Assembly (NCBI GenBank): GCA_964641225.1
Contig: CAZXKC010000003.1
Span: forward strand, 1,177 to 65,176
Direction: 5' to 3'
Length of the DNA: 64,000 nucleotides
Origin: an uncultured Candidatus Saccharibacteria bacterium
GTDB lineage: Bacteria > Patescibacteriota > Minisyncoccia > UBA6257 > 1-14-0-10-44-23
Notes under the pieces: model-generated
Told to the model about the DNA's origin: nothing
The model's input: only the letters and a program-made list of their open reading frames with translations
The model's database searches: none
Shown: piece by piece, positions 7,932 to 16,654 of the stretch
How positions within the stretch are numbered: the first letter of the stretch is position 1
Layout of the letters: the number at the start of each line of letters is the position of its first letter
Made by a program: the position numbers and the translations under genes

Positions 7932-9065
7932 CTAGGCTTCGCCGGTCTTCCTTCCTTGAACATTTTTTAAGAACTGCTCTAGATCCTCTTTGCCCAAAAG
8001 GTATTTAACCTCCTTATTTTTTCCGTCAAAATCGATATTCCTTATAATTTCCACCTGCCTATTTTCTTCAATCTTTCCATAGCCATACGAGCCGAAGGTT
8101 GTACCGACATTTTCATGCCCCAGACTTTGACTTATAGCTTTTTTCTGCTCCTCCGTTAGGGGTAGTTTGGATATCTCTTTCACCAATAAATGCCTCAAAG
8201 TGTGCGGATGATAATACTGAACCCCAGCCTGCTCAAATCTTTTTTCAAAAATTTTTCGTGAAGGTGAAGAGCTCTTCCAGAAAATCGGATCAACTTCGCC
8301 GGTGCTATAATAGCTTAGATTTTCTTTCCCATTCTCTCTCTTGGTCGCCGGAAAAATTGGATCATTCGGCTTGAACCCTTTTTGCTTCTCCAAATAATTG
8401 AACCATTGAATAAAATAATTCAGTGGTTCTTTATAAGAGAAGGGGATCAAGGCAGAAACGATCCTCTTGGAAAATTTTGTTGCGACACCCAAACTTGGAT
8501 CTTGGTCGATTGTTAATTGCTCCCTATCAAAACTTCTCATAGGAAGAGTGATAACGGCAGAAATTCTTGCGCCAGTTAAAAAGATTAACGATAACAGGGC
8601 CCTGTCTCTCATCTCAATCTCGGAGACGCCCTTGATATGCTCGATTACAGTCCTGACCTCTTCGATGCTCGGAAATTTGACACTTTTAGACTGCGTAGCA
8701 ATTCTGACTTCAGCTTTCGATAAATTCAGGTAGTCGATCGCCGTTTGATTGATTTTCGACTTGTAACCAGACTGCTTGGATAGCCAGCCAAAAAATACCT
8801 TCAAAAATCGCAGTACGTCATAGCAATAAGAAAGGCTGACTTTCGTTTCAGATTTATCTTTATGCTTTGCCCGCAGCCAATCCTTGAACCCCTCGGCCAG
8901 CGTTTTGTTGAAATTAACGAAATCGGCCTTGCGAGTGAAATCTTCCCAGACCCAAATTGCTTGCTCGTAGCATTCGCTAGTGCTTTCCGAAAATCCTTTT
9001 GAATTTTTAAGATATTCAAAAAATCGTCTCTTAATTAGTTCGTTTTTGTAGGCTACTGAAACCAT
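7932..9065 (-). CDS. tyrosine recombinase / phage integrase family
   Basis: LTGARISAV (Arg), HPHTLRH (HxxR), GHENVGTTFGSYGY (catalytic Tyr) motifs. Confidence 0.8.
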   Translation of the reverse strand: MVSVAYKNELIKRRFFEYLKNSKGFSESTSECYEQAIWVWEDFTRKADFVNFNKTLAEGFKDWLRAKHKDKSETKVSLSYCYDVLRFLKVFFGWLSKQSGYKSKINQTAIDYLNLSKAEVRIATQSKSVKFPSIEEVRTVIEHIKGVSEIEMRDRALLSLIFLTGARISAVITLPMRSFDREQLTIDQDPSLGVATKFSKRIVSALIPFSYKEPLNYFIQWFNYLEKQKGFKPNDPIFPATKRENGKENLSYYSTGEVDPIFWKSSSPSRKIFEKRFEQAGVQYYHPHTLRHLLVKEISKLPLTEEQKKAISQSLGHENVGTTFGSYGYGKIEENRQVEIIRNIDFDGKNKEVKYLLGKEDLEQFLKNVQGRKTGEA

Positions 9066-9129
9066 ATTTTTACTTTTGATCGATTAATGATGTTAAGTGG
9101 GACATTTACGGGTAGAAGCGAATAACCTA

Positions 9130-9573
9130 TCAATCTGGTTGGGATACCCTTAGAAATCTGTTGAGCCGCGTACCGCAGACCTCGCAAATTCCGATTTTGT
9201 TTAGCTGCTCCAGATGCGCCCTCCCAATCATTTTGCCAGTCTTGGTTATTTTTTCGCTCCCTGATCTTGCTTTAACGGCCTTATGGCACTTCATACAAAA
9301 AAATTCATCTTTACTTAGACTTTTCGCCCTTTTCGCCTTTTTTTCTTTGATAAAGCAGATCAGGTCTACCCCCATCACTAACAAAGGGTTTACCCCTTTT
9401 TCAATAACTTTTAGACCCCCGTCTTTTAACCAACGATGACAAGTCTTTCTATCTACCTGCAGAAGAGAAGCTATTTCGCTGATCGAATAGCTTCTCTTCG
9501 CCTTTATTAGATGGACATTATAATTAGGCATCGGTTTGGCCAGTCTGCTTACGGCGCTCCTGGACCAAATCAA
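9130..9573 (-). CDS. HTH DNA-binding protein with C-terminal CxxC...CxxC zinc ribbon (excisionase/regulator-like)
   Basis: SISEIASLLQVDRKTCHRWLKDGG HTH-like segment; CMKCH...CEVCG. Confidence 0.45.
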   Translation of the reverse strand: MIWSRSAVSRLAKPMPNYNVHLIKAKRSYSISEIASLLQVDRKTCHRWLKDGGLKVIEKGVNPLLVMGVDLICFIKEKKAKRAKSLSKDEFFCMKCHKAVKARSGSEKITKTGKMIGRAHLEQLNKIGICEVCGTRLNRFLRVSQPD

Positions 9574-9721
9574 ATTCCGCCTGGGTCATCGGGCGATAAA
9601 TAAGCTGCATCAGCCGCAGGAGCTTCACGCCTTTCTCGTAGGCTTCTTCGCGGCTGATTTCTTTACCAAAATTTTTTAGGTAAAGCGCTTGAAAACTTTT
9701 GATTTGGTCATCGGAAAGCAT
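9524..9721 (-). CDS. hypothetical protein (65 aa)
   Basis: ORF track only; AT-rich mobile-element context. Confidence 0.3.
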   Translation of the reverse strand: MLSDDQIKSFQALYLKNFGKEISREEAYEKGVKLLRLMQLIYRPMTQAEFDLVQERRKQTGQTDA

Positions 9722-9730
9722 TATGACCCA

Positions 9731-10147
9731 CTAAAATGAATGGGTGCGGTTAACATTGATTGACCAAACTTCCTTCTTCTCGCCATCATCAATGCGGAAA
9801 ATCTGCCATTCGTCGAACTCGGTAATAAAGTCGTAATTTGCGTATTGCCGAGCATCAGCCTCGTTCTTAAACGACCCCGCTAACACGAACTCCATCCGGT
9901 AGGCATTCTTATTCCGATGGTAAACATCGAAATGGACAGGTTCTTTTTCTGCGCCCTTATTCCGCTCGAGCATCTCGTTGAAATCAACGACTTGGTGGAT
10001 CTTATCCTGAATAAAGCACATCCAGTCTTCTTGGATCGCATCAAATACTTGATTATTCTCATTCTTAGTAAGACTTCGGCCGATACACGTTTCTGCTTCG
10101 TCTTGTACCATTTCCTCATTGATGAGGAACTTATTCTTGTAACTCAT
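9731..10147 (-). CDS. hypothetical protein (138 aa)
   Basis: ORF track; no recognisable motif. Confidence 0.4.
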   Translation of the reverse strand: MSYKNKFLINEEMVQDEAETCIGRSLTKNENNQVFDAIQEDWMCFIQDKIHQVVDFNEMLERNKGAEKEPVHFDVYHRNKNAYRMEFVLAGSFKNEADARQYANYDFITEFDEWQIFRIDDGEKKEVWSINVNRTHSF

Positions 10148-10173
10148 TTTTTTATTAATTTATTTTTACTGTC

Positions 10174-10419
10174 CTAACGGTGGAGGAGATTTTTTAACAT
10201 CCGGACGTTGTCGAAAAACTTCCGCGCCTTCACTTCTAGCTGATCCACAAAATATTCGTTGGCCGTTTTTTCGATCCCTTTTCGGGAATAAAAAACGAAC
10301 CGCACTTTGTGCGGATCTTGCTTATTGAGGCCCACTAACTCAAAGCCCGCGCTTACGAGCGCAGCGGCGCAACCCAAATCTGTTATGCTGTAATTCTCTA
10401 TTTCGACCCTTTTGACCAT
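10174..10419 (-). CDS. hypothetical small protein (81 aa), resembles small phage/CPR DUF proteins
   Basis: ORF track; weak resemblance only. Confidence 0.35.
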   Translation of the reverse strand: MVKRVEIENYSITDLGCAAALVSAGFELVGLNKQDPHKVRFVFYSRKGIEKTANEYFVDQLEVKARKFFDNVRMLKNLLHR

Positions 10420-10525
10420 AGTAATTTGTATTAATTAGTTGGTAATAGGTGCATTTTCCGGAAACGAAAAAGGCACGCCCTGAGCGTACCTAGCTTCGTT
10501 TGAGTCATTCGGGAGTCAGAAAATG

Positions 10526-11245
10526 CTATTTTTCTGAATGACTCAGTTTTTCAATTGTTTTCGGATTTATTCGTGCCGTAGCCCCTTGATATTCAATAAA
10601 ATCCTTTATGCCCAAATCCTTTTCTATCCTGGTATTTAGCAATCGTTGCGCATCGTAAAATGCCTGCTTACTATCCCGATTAAAATGATCAACAACGTCA
10701 GCCTCTTCCACCCAGACTCCAGCAGGCTTTTTAAAAAGCGCCTGACATAAAACCCACTGGTTTCCTACAGGTATTTCTGATTTTTTACCTAAAAAAATTA
10801 TAGTCCGTTCTTCTTCGTTTAAAAAAGGACGATTGTCTGTTTTTGGTTTGACGGCTACATTCCTCTTGAGAGGTTTTGCTTTTGCGAGCACCTCAGCCTC
10901 TTTCAGAAAATCGCCGGCTGATTTATTGCGCAAATCGCCCTCATAAATTTTTGCCAAGGCAGTAAATACAGACACGTTGATTTTTATCTTATAACCTATC
11001 GGGGGCACTCTCACGAATGGATTGAACGTGAACAAAGAAGTTTCTGGTTGTATGTCCGCGATGTGCTCAACTGCACCGAGATTAATAAGCCAACGAACAA
11101 CGCGTTTCTGTTCGCGCTCTAGGGGAGCATCCTCTCCTTGAACAAAGGTAAACCGAAGAGGATCGGGCCCGGAAACAAGCATTTCAGCCTGAAGCTCATT
11201 TAATACCCATTGAATGGCTTTATTGAACTTTTCTTCTGCGGTCAT
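10526..11245 (-). CDS. hypothetical protein (~239 aa from MTAEEK; ORF extends to 11305)
   Basis: ORF track; a tandem repeat aatcgtaat(agt)aatcgtaat lies at the N-terminal region. Confidence 0.4.
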   Translation of the reverse strand: MTAEEKFNKAIQWVLNELQAEMLVSGPDPLRFTFVQGEDAPLEREQKRVVRWLINLGAVEHIADIQPETSLFTFNPFVRVPPIGYKIKINVSVFTALAKIYEGDLRNKSAGDFLKEAEVLAKAKPLKRNVAVKPKTDNRPFLNEEERTIIFLGKKSEIPVGNQWVLCQALFKKPAGVWVEEADVVDHFNRDSKQAFYDAQRLLNTRIEKDLGIKDFIEYQGATARINPKTIEKLSHSEK

Positions 11246-11395
11246 AGCAATCGTAATAGTAATCGTAATTACACATAATCTACGCCCCTTTTTGCCATTA
11301 CGCAATTAAGAGCTAGGTGTTGATAAGAGTCGTTATTGGAGTTAACATAAACCCAACAACTTAATATGTGCGCCTAAACCGGTGGAAACGCCGGC

Positions 11396-11455
11396 ATGGC
11401 CAAAAGTCCAGTTAGACATAAAGAACCCATCACGTGGGGTCGTCTAACTGGCCAT
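11396..11455. repeat. long hairpin / inverted repeat (ccagttagac ... gtctaactgg, extended by atggcc/ggccat)
   Basis: 10-bp perfect stem with a 24-nt loop plus outer complementary ends; sits between the AT-rich recombinase module and the surface-protein gene. Confidence 0.5.
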
Positions 11456-11575
11456 ACCGGGAAACTGGTATGAGTGGCGCAAGCTGCTACCTACGCGATG
11501 GGCTTTTTGGTCGGTAAAAAGCTCCTCTACGTGGGGAGCATTTTTGTAATCGACAAAATAACCCAACACAAAAAT

Positions 11576-13084
11576 ATGCAAACATTCTTTTTCCTCTTAC
11601 TTATTCTCTCGTTGATTGGTCTCATCATCGGACTCATAAAACCATCACGGATAAAAATGCCATCGCGCAAGCGCGTAGGTATGATCTTCGGCGGCGCGGC
11701 AGTTCTATTTTTCATTCTCATTGGAGTCGCTGCGCCTTCACGATCACCCGCCAGTAGCACCGCAGCTCTTCCTCAACAATCACAAGCTGGCTCGTTCATC
11801 GATAAGGCAATGGGCGACGATGTTGTATTGGCGACTTTGCAATTCAAAGTCCTAGATGTGAAAGAACAGAATGCTATAAAGGGCACCTTTGGAACTTCGG
11901 TTGCCCCTAACCCGGGCGCTAAGTTCGTGGTTATTAAGCTTGAAGTCACTAATTTAACTAATTCCAATATTTACTATCCAAATGATATACCGCTTGTTGA
12001 TGGCCAGGGGAGGCAATACGCTAACTACGATAAAACAATCGGAAATATCGACAATTATCTTGATGTAGCCGTATTGGCACCGAGCATTCCCAGGCAAGGT
12101 TTTGTCGTCTATGAAGTTCCAGTGAGCTCGACGAGCTACTTCTTAGAATCAGGCAAGACTGGAACCAACGATATTTATCGCGTGAAACTTGAGCCCTCAG
12201 CGTCAGCTCCAATAAAGCAGGCTGCAACAACGCCTACGCCTGTTCAACCAGTAAAGACCGTTACTCAAACGCCGCCTCCACCGCAAAAATCAACAAGCAG
12301 TATTAAGGCGAATGGATCGACGGGATCAATCACCATTCCGTACAATACACCAGCAACTATAAGTTGGAGCTCGACAAATACAACGTTCTGTAACGTATCG
12401 CCTTCGGGATGGACAGGGGGATCTGGCAGTCAAAACACAGATAATCTAACTACTAAACAGACCTACACACTTTTCTGCACGGGTGTAGATGGTGTGTCCA
12501 CGCCAAATGTAAGTGTAACGGTAAATGTTCAAAGTGCGCCCCCAGTACCGATAACCCTCTCGGGAAGCGGTCAACAAGCCACTCAGCAATTCACCTTACA
12601 GCAAGGATTGTCTGTCTTCACAATGCAGAATAGCGGCCAGAGCAATTTCATCGTGCATCTTTTGAATAGCAGCGGGAATACAGTGGAAGGTCTTGCGAAT
12701 GTAATCGGCAGTTTTTCGGGCTCACAAGCCGTAAAGATATCCGTTCAAGGAAGCTATCTCCTGAATGTTGACTCCGACGGGCCTTGGACAATTACTATAA
12801 CTCAACCACGAACTACGAGTGCTCCCTCGAGCGCAAATTTAAGCGGCAGGGGACCGGAAGCTACCGCCTTCTTCTCTTTGTCTTCTGGACTCCATATGTT
12901 CGCTTTTACGCATGACGGATCTAGTAATTTTATCGTGCATCTGCTTGATAAAAACGGGAATTCGGTAGAGAGCCTGGTGAACGAAATCGGCGCATATAGC
13001 GGATCAAAAGCAGAGTATATATCTAGTGGTATTTATCTACTGAACGTAGAGGCTGATGGCAACTGGGCTGTGCAGATACAGTAA
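11576..13084 (+). CDS. membrane-anchored surface protein: DUF4352-like domain plus two tandem ~100-aa beta-rich repeats
   Basis: N-terminal TM; FVVIKLEVTNLTN...GFVVYEVPV DUF4352-like region; internal repeats share SNFIVHLL[ND]..GN.VE.L.N.IG..SGS.A...S.G.YLLNV..DG.W. Confidence 0.5.
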   Translation: MQTFFFLLLILSLIGLIIGLIKPSRIKMPSRKRVGMIFGGAAVLFFILIGVAAPSRSPASSTAALPQQSQAGSFIDKAMGDDVVLATLQFKVLDVKEQNAIKGTFGTSVAPNPGAKFVVIKLEVTNLTNSNIYYPNDIPLVDGQGRQYANYDKTIGNIDNYLDVAVLAPSIPRQGFVVYEVPVSSTSYFLESGKTGTNDIYRVKLEPSASAPIKQAATTPTPVQPVKTVTQTPPPPQKSTSSIKANGSTGSITIPYNTPATISWSSTNTTFCNVSPSGWTGGSGSQNTDNLTTKQTYTLFCTGVDGVSTPNVSVTVNVQSAPPVPITLSGSGQQATQQFTLQQGLSVFTMQNSGQSNFIVHLLNSSGNTVEGLANVIGSFSGSQAVKISVQGSYLLNVDSDGPWTITITQPRTTSAPSSANLSGRGPEATAFFSLSSGLHMFAFTHDGSSNFIVHLLDKNGNSVESLVNEIGAYSGSKAEYISSGIYLLNVEADGNWAVQIQ

Positions 13085-13141
13085 GCTTCTAATTCACTTA
13101 AACTCGTGCTAGTTTGAATCTAAATTAAAGCGCCGTAAATT

Positions 13142-13498
13142 ATGCTTCATCTCATCCATAATGGTTTCAAGGAGCCCACAAGAGAAGCCGCTGATTTGAA
13201 AAAGGAGCTTGAAAAAAGAGGGATAAAAGTTTATATCGAATTAAATGACGGATATAAGCACGTAGATTTGGCTCTCCCAAAGGCTAAGCTCAACGTTGAG
13301 GTAGATGGCATCCACCATCTCACTAATCCGAAACAGATCGTTGCAGATCTTGCGCGGGGTTATTACTCCAACAAGCTAGGTTACGATACGATGCATATTC
13401 CGAATGAAATGATACGCCTCCATTTGGAAGATATAGCGAATGGACTCGCCGAAGCCTCAAAAATACGAGAAAAGAAAATTCGTGTTCATCTAGCCTAA
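13142..13498 (+). CDS. DUF559 / Vsr-like endonuclease-domain protein
   Basis: HVDLALPKAKLNVEVDGIHHL matches the DUF559 (PD-(D/E)xK) core. Confidence 0.55.
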   Translation: MLHLIHNGFKEPTREAADLKKELEKRGIKVYIELNDGYKHVDLALPKAKLNVEVDGIHHLTNPKQIVADLARGYYSNKLGYDTMHIPNEMIRLHLEDIANGLAEASKIREKKIRVHLA

Positions 13499-13564
13499 AG
13501 GGTTGGTCTTATTTAGCTAATACAGCTTGATATGCTCCGGCAATTATAAACACTCACCAAATTA

Positions 13565-13598
13565 AACAACCCTCTGTAGAATTTACGGAGGGTTGTTC
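13565..13598. terminator. intrinsic terminator aacaaccctc-tgtagaatttacg-gagggttgtt (bidirectional)
   Basis: 10-bp stem between convergent genes. Confidence 0.6.
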
Positions 13599-13609
13599 TG
13601 ATCAATAGG

Positions 13610-14071
13610 TTATTTGGCTGGATACCAGGTCTTGTACCAGCCCTGCATCATTTCGATTTCTTTAGTTTGGGCCGTGATGATGTCGTCAGCAAGTTTTTTC
13701 ATCTCCGGTCGAGCTGTTCGAGCTTTAAGCATGGTTGCCATCATAACAGCGGCCTGGTGGTGCGGGATCATTTCCTCAATGAACGCCTTATCAATATCAG
13801 CCGCACCCATCATCGTTGCGCCGCTGCCCATCGCAGAGCTACCGCTCATCATGTTATTACCCATCATACCGACGCTCATCGTGCCGGTTTGAGTACCACC
13901 ATTTTGACTTACGGAGCAGCCGGTAGGGCCGCATTGGGTCCCTAACTGACCCTGCATCATAGTCGTTTGGGCATTACGTGAAGCGCCCCATCCGTTTGGG
14001 AAAAATAGAGTCATAATCAGAAGCCCGACAACTACACCGCCGAGAGCATGCAATACATTTTGCTTGTTCAT
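13610..14071 (-). CDS. DUF305 family Met-rich secreted protein (copper-binding-like)
   Basis: signal/TM N-terminus, Met/Gly-rich region, IEEMIPHHQAAVMMA DUF305 motif. Confidence 0.65.
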   Translation of the reverse strand: MNKQNVLHALGGVVVGLLIMTLFFPNGWGASRNAQTTMMQGQLGTQCGPTGCSVSQNGGTQTGTMSVGMMGNNMMSGSSAMGSGATMMGAADIDKAFIEEMIPHHQAAVMMATMLKARTARPEMKKLADDIITAQTKEIEMMQGWYKTWYPAK

Positions 14072-14086
14072 ATAGTTAATTATTTT

Positions 14087-16225
14087 TTAGATTACTTCTT
14101 TACGCAATAGCATTGCGTTTGCCGCCACAATTACTGTCGATACTGACATTAGGAGCGCCGCAATCGCTGGCTGCAATATGATTCCATAGCCGGCCAACAC
14201 ACCAGCCGCCAGCGGCATCGCTACGATGTTGTAGCCAGCCGCCCACCAGAGATTCTGAATCATCTTGGTGTACGTACGTCGCGAGAGCTTGATAATCCGA
14301 ACAATATCACGCGGATCGTTTTTCACCAAAATGATCCCAGCTGACTCTATGGCTACATTCGTACCTGCGCCAATCGCAATGCCAACATCGGCCTGCGTAA
14401 GCGCCGGAGCATCATTAATGCCGTCGCCAACCATTGCCACTTTTTTACCTTCTGCTTGTAATTCTTTTATTTTCGCAGCTTTTTGATCCGGAAGTACGCG
14501 GGCAAAGGTGCGATCCAGTCCGAGCTCGTTTGAGACCCACTGCGCAACTTCTTCAGAGTCGCCGGTAATCATTACCGTGCTGACGCCGAAAGATTTAAGA
14601 GTGGTAATCGCTTCTTTCGACTCTTCGCGGATAATGTCAGTCAGCGCGATGTAGCCAATTACCGAACCATTAGCAATGACATACACAAGTGTCTTGCCGC
14701 CGGCAGCTGCGGTTTTAGTCGCCTGTATGTGTTCCTTTGCGAGTGATGTTCCGGCTTCTGCTAATATAGCTTCGCCACCAACCATAACTGTCTTGTCCTG
14801 CACCTTGCCGCTTACGCCTTTACCAGCGATTCGTTTGAAGTCGCCGACCGATTGCAGTGCCACGTTTCGTTTCTTCGCCTCATTGACTATGGCTTTAGCG
14901 ATAAAATGTTCGGAGTGGCTGTCTACGCTGGCAGCAAGAGCCAATACTTCATTTGGCGTTATATTTCCTATTGTTTGGAGGGTTGTAACACCGTACGTCC
15001 CTGTTGTAAGGGTGCCAGTTTTATCAAAGACAACTATATCAACGGTGCGTGCCGCCTCCAGTACGCGACGCTCACGTACGAGAAAGCCGCTACGCGCTGC
15101 CTTTGTGGTCGAGATTGAGGCGATAAGGGGCACGGCCAAGCCAAGTGCGTGCGGACAGGCAATGACTAATACGGCTACCAGCCGTTCAATCGCCATAGTC
15201 CAGTCTTTAGCCACTACAACCCACGCAACAAGCGTAACTAGGCCAACGATGACGGCAATGATCGTTAGATAGAATGCTGCCCGATCAGCAAGCAGCTGGA
15301 CTCTACTCTTTGAAGCCTGGGCCTGTGCTACTAGCCGCATTACTCCGGAAAGAAATGTATCTTTACCGATTTTAGTTACTCGGATAGTCAACGATCCGTC
15401 ACCGTTAATCGTGCCAGCAACAACTTGGTCACCCGTTTTTTTGGCGACTGGTTTTGATTCGCCGGTCATCATTGACTCATCAATATGCGACTCACCCTTT
15501 TCAACCAGACCATCTGCCGGGACGCGCCCGCCAGGGCGAACGAATACCATGTCATTAACCTTGAGCTGATCAAGTGGGATCATCTCCTGCTTACCATCTC
15601 TAATAACTTCGGCAGTATCGGGTAGTAACTTTGAAAGCTCACGTAATGCCCCCTGCGCACCCTTAACCGCTCGCATCTCCAGATAATGACCGAGAAGCAT
15701 GATCGTGATGAGCGTTGAGAGCTCCCAGAAGAGCGTTTCAGCTCCACCAAGCAGTACTGACCCGACACTGTAGCTATAGGCAGCGATAACAGCGATCGCA
15801 ATGAGCGTCATCATTCCTGGAGCTTTGCCGCGCAGTTCACGCCATGCGCTGGCAAGAAATATCCAGCCGCAATACCAGAAGATGACGGAGGCAAGAGCAA
15901 GCGAAATGTACGCATTGCCGTTATTCAGATGTAGCCAGACAATCGGGATTGTGAGCGCCAAGCTAACCCAAAATTTAACTAAGAAGTCATTGGTCTTGTG
16001 ACCTTCATGCTTATCATGATTTTGGGGCGCAGTTTGTTTAGGGCGCGCATTGAGCGCCTTTTCTACGTTGTCTGCGCAACAGGCATGAGCGTCATTGTGA
16101 TGCGCTTTTGTTTTTTTGTCTCCAGCCGGTACAAGTGCCATGCCACATTCCGGACACATCCCGGGGGTATCACTGACCACCTCGGGGTGCATCGGGCAGG
16201 TATATGTTTTTACATTGTGTTCCAT
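14087..16225 (-). CDS. P1B-type heavy-metal-translocating ATPase, CPH-type (CopB-like), with N-terminal CPxHPE...CPxCGM metal-binding domain
   Basis: DKTGTLT phosphorylation motif, CPH in a TM helix (VIACPHALGLAVP), GDGINDAP hinge motif, 712 aa. Confidence 0.9.
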   Translation of the reverse strand: MEHNVKTYTCPMHPEVVSDTPGMCPECGMALVPAGDKKTKAHHNDAHACCADNVEKALNARPKQTAPQNHDKHEGHKTNDFLVKFWVSLALTIPIVWLHLNNGNAYISLALASVIFWYCGWIFLASAWRELRGKAPGMMTLIAIAVIAAYSYSVGSVLLGGAETLFWELSTLITIMLLGHYLEMRAVKGAQGALRELSKLLPDTAEVIRDGKQEMIPLDQLKVNDMVFVRPGGRVPADGLVEKGESHIDESMMTGESKPVAKKTGDQVVAGTINGDGSLTIRVTKIGKDTFLSGVMRLVAQAQASKSRVQLLADRAAFYLTIIAVIVGLVTLVAWVVVAKDWTMAIERLVAVLVIACPHALGLAVPLIASISTTKAARSGFLVRERRVLEAARTVDIVVFDKTGTLTTGTYGVTTLQTIGNITPNEVLALAASVDSHSEHFIAKAIVNEAKKRNVALQSVGDFKRIAGKGVSGKVQDKTVMVGGEAILAEAGTSLAKEHIQATKTAAAGGKTLVYVIANGSVIGYIALTDIIREESKEAITTLKSFGVSTVMITGDSEEVAQWVSNELGLDRTFARVLPDQKAAKIKELQAEGKKVAMVGDGINDAPALTQADVGIAIGAGTNVAIESAGIILVKNDPRDIVRIIKLSRRTYTKMIQNLWWAAGYNIVAMPLAAGVLAGYGIILQPAIAALLMSVSTVIVAANAMLLRKEVI

Positions 16226-16231
16226 GGGTGG

Positions 16232-16375
16232 TTAATGACAGCCGCTATGAGGATTCTCGCCCGACTTTTTATCGCTGGCAGGTTCAGCATGATGTTTGTG
16301 GCCCCTCAACATCATCCAGATGTGCGTAGCAATGCACAGGCCGACCAGAATGTATAAGGCAGTAGTGCTGTTCAT
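16232..16375 (-). CDS. unlisted small ORF, 47 aa: one TM helix plus His/Cys-rich tail (MNSTTALYILVGLCIATHIWMMLRGHKHHAEPASDKKSGENPHSGCH)
   Basis: hand-translated from the minus strand directly upstream of the ATPase start; below the 60-aa cutoff of the ORF track. Confidence 0.35.
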   Translation of the reverse strand: MNSTTALYILVGLCIATHIWMMLRGHKHHAEPASDKKSGENPHSGCH

Positions 16376-16377
16376 GG

Positions 16378-16632
16378 TTATTTTTTAATTCCGTTGAACA
16401 GCGCAGCAAACAGCCAGACCGCCAGCAAGCCAACGATATTCCAGATGACTAAGCCGGAGATAAACGTACCGATTGTCAGGACATTATCAACCGTCCCAAC
16501 ATTCATATGCAGCGCGTACATCATGAACCCTGGGCGGATACTGCCGAACATAGCTACGCCCACGAAACAGATCACATAGACAATACTGGTCCAAGCCGAC
16601 GCAACTTTCAGAAGATGCTTTATGTTGATCAT
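16378..16632 (-). CDS. small two-TM membrane protein (84 aa)
   Basis: ORF track; hydrophobic. Confidence 0.4.
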   Translation of the reverse strand: MINIKHLLKVASAWTSIVYVICFVGVAMFGSIRPGFMMYALHMNVGTVDNVLTIGTFISGLVIWNIVGLLAVWLFAALFNGIKK

Positions 16633-16654
16633 AGTTTTGATTAATTAAGATTAA

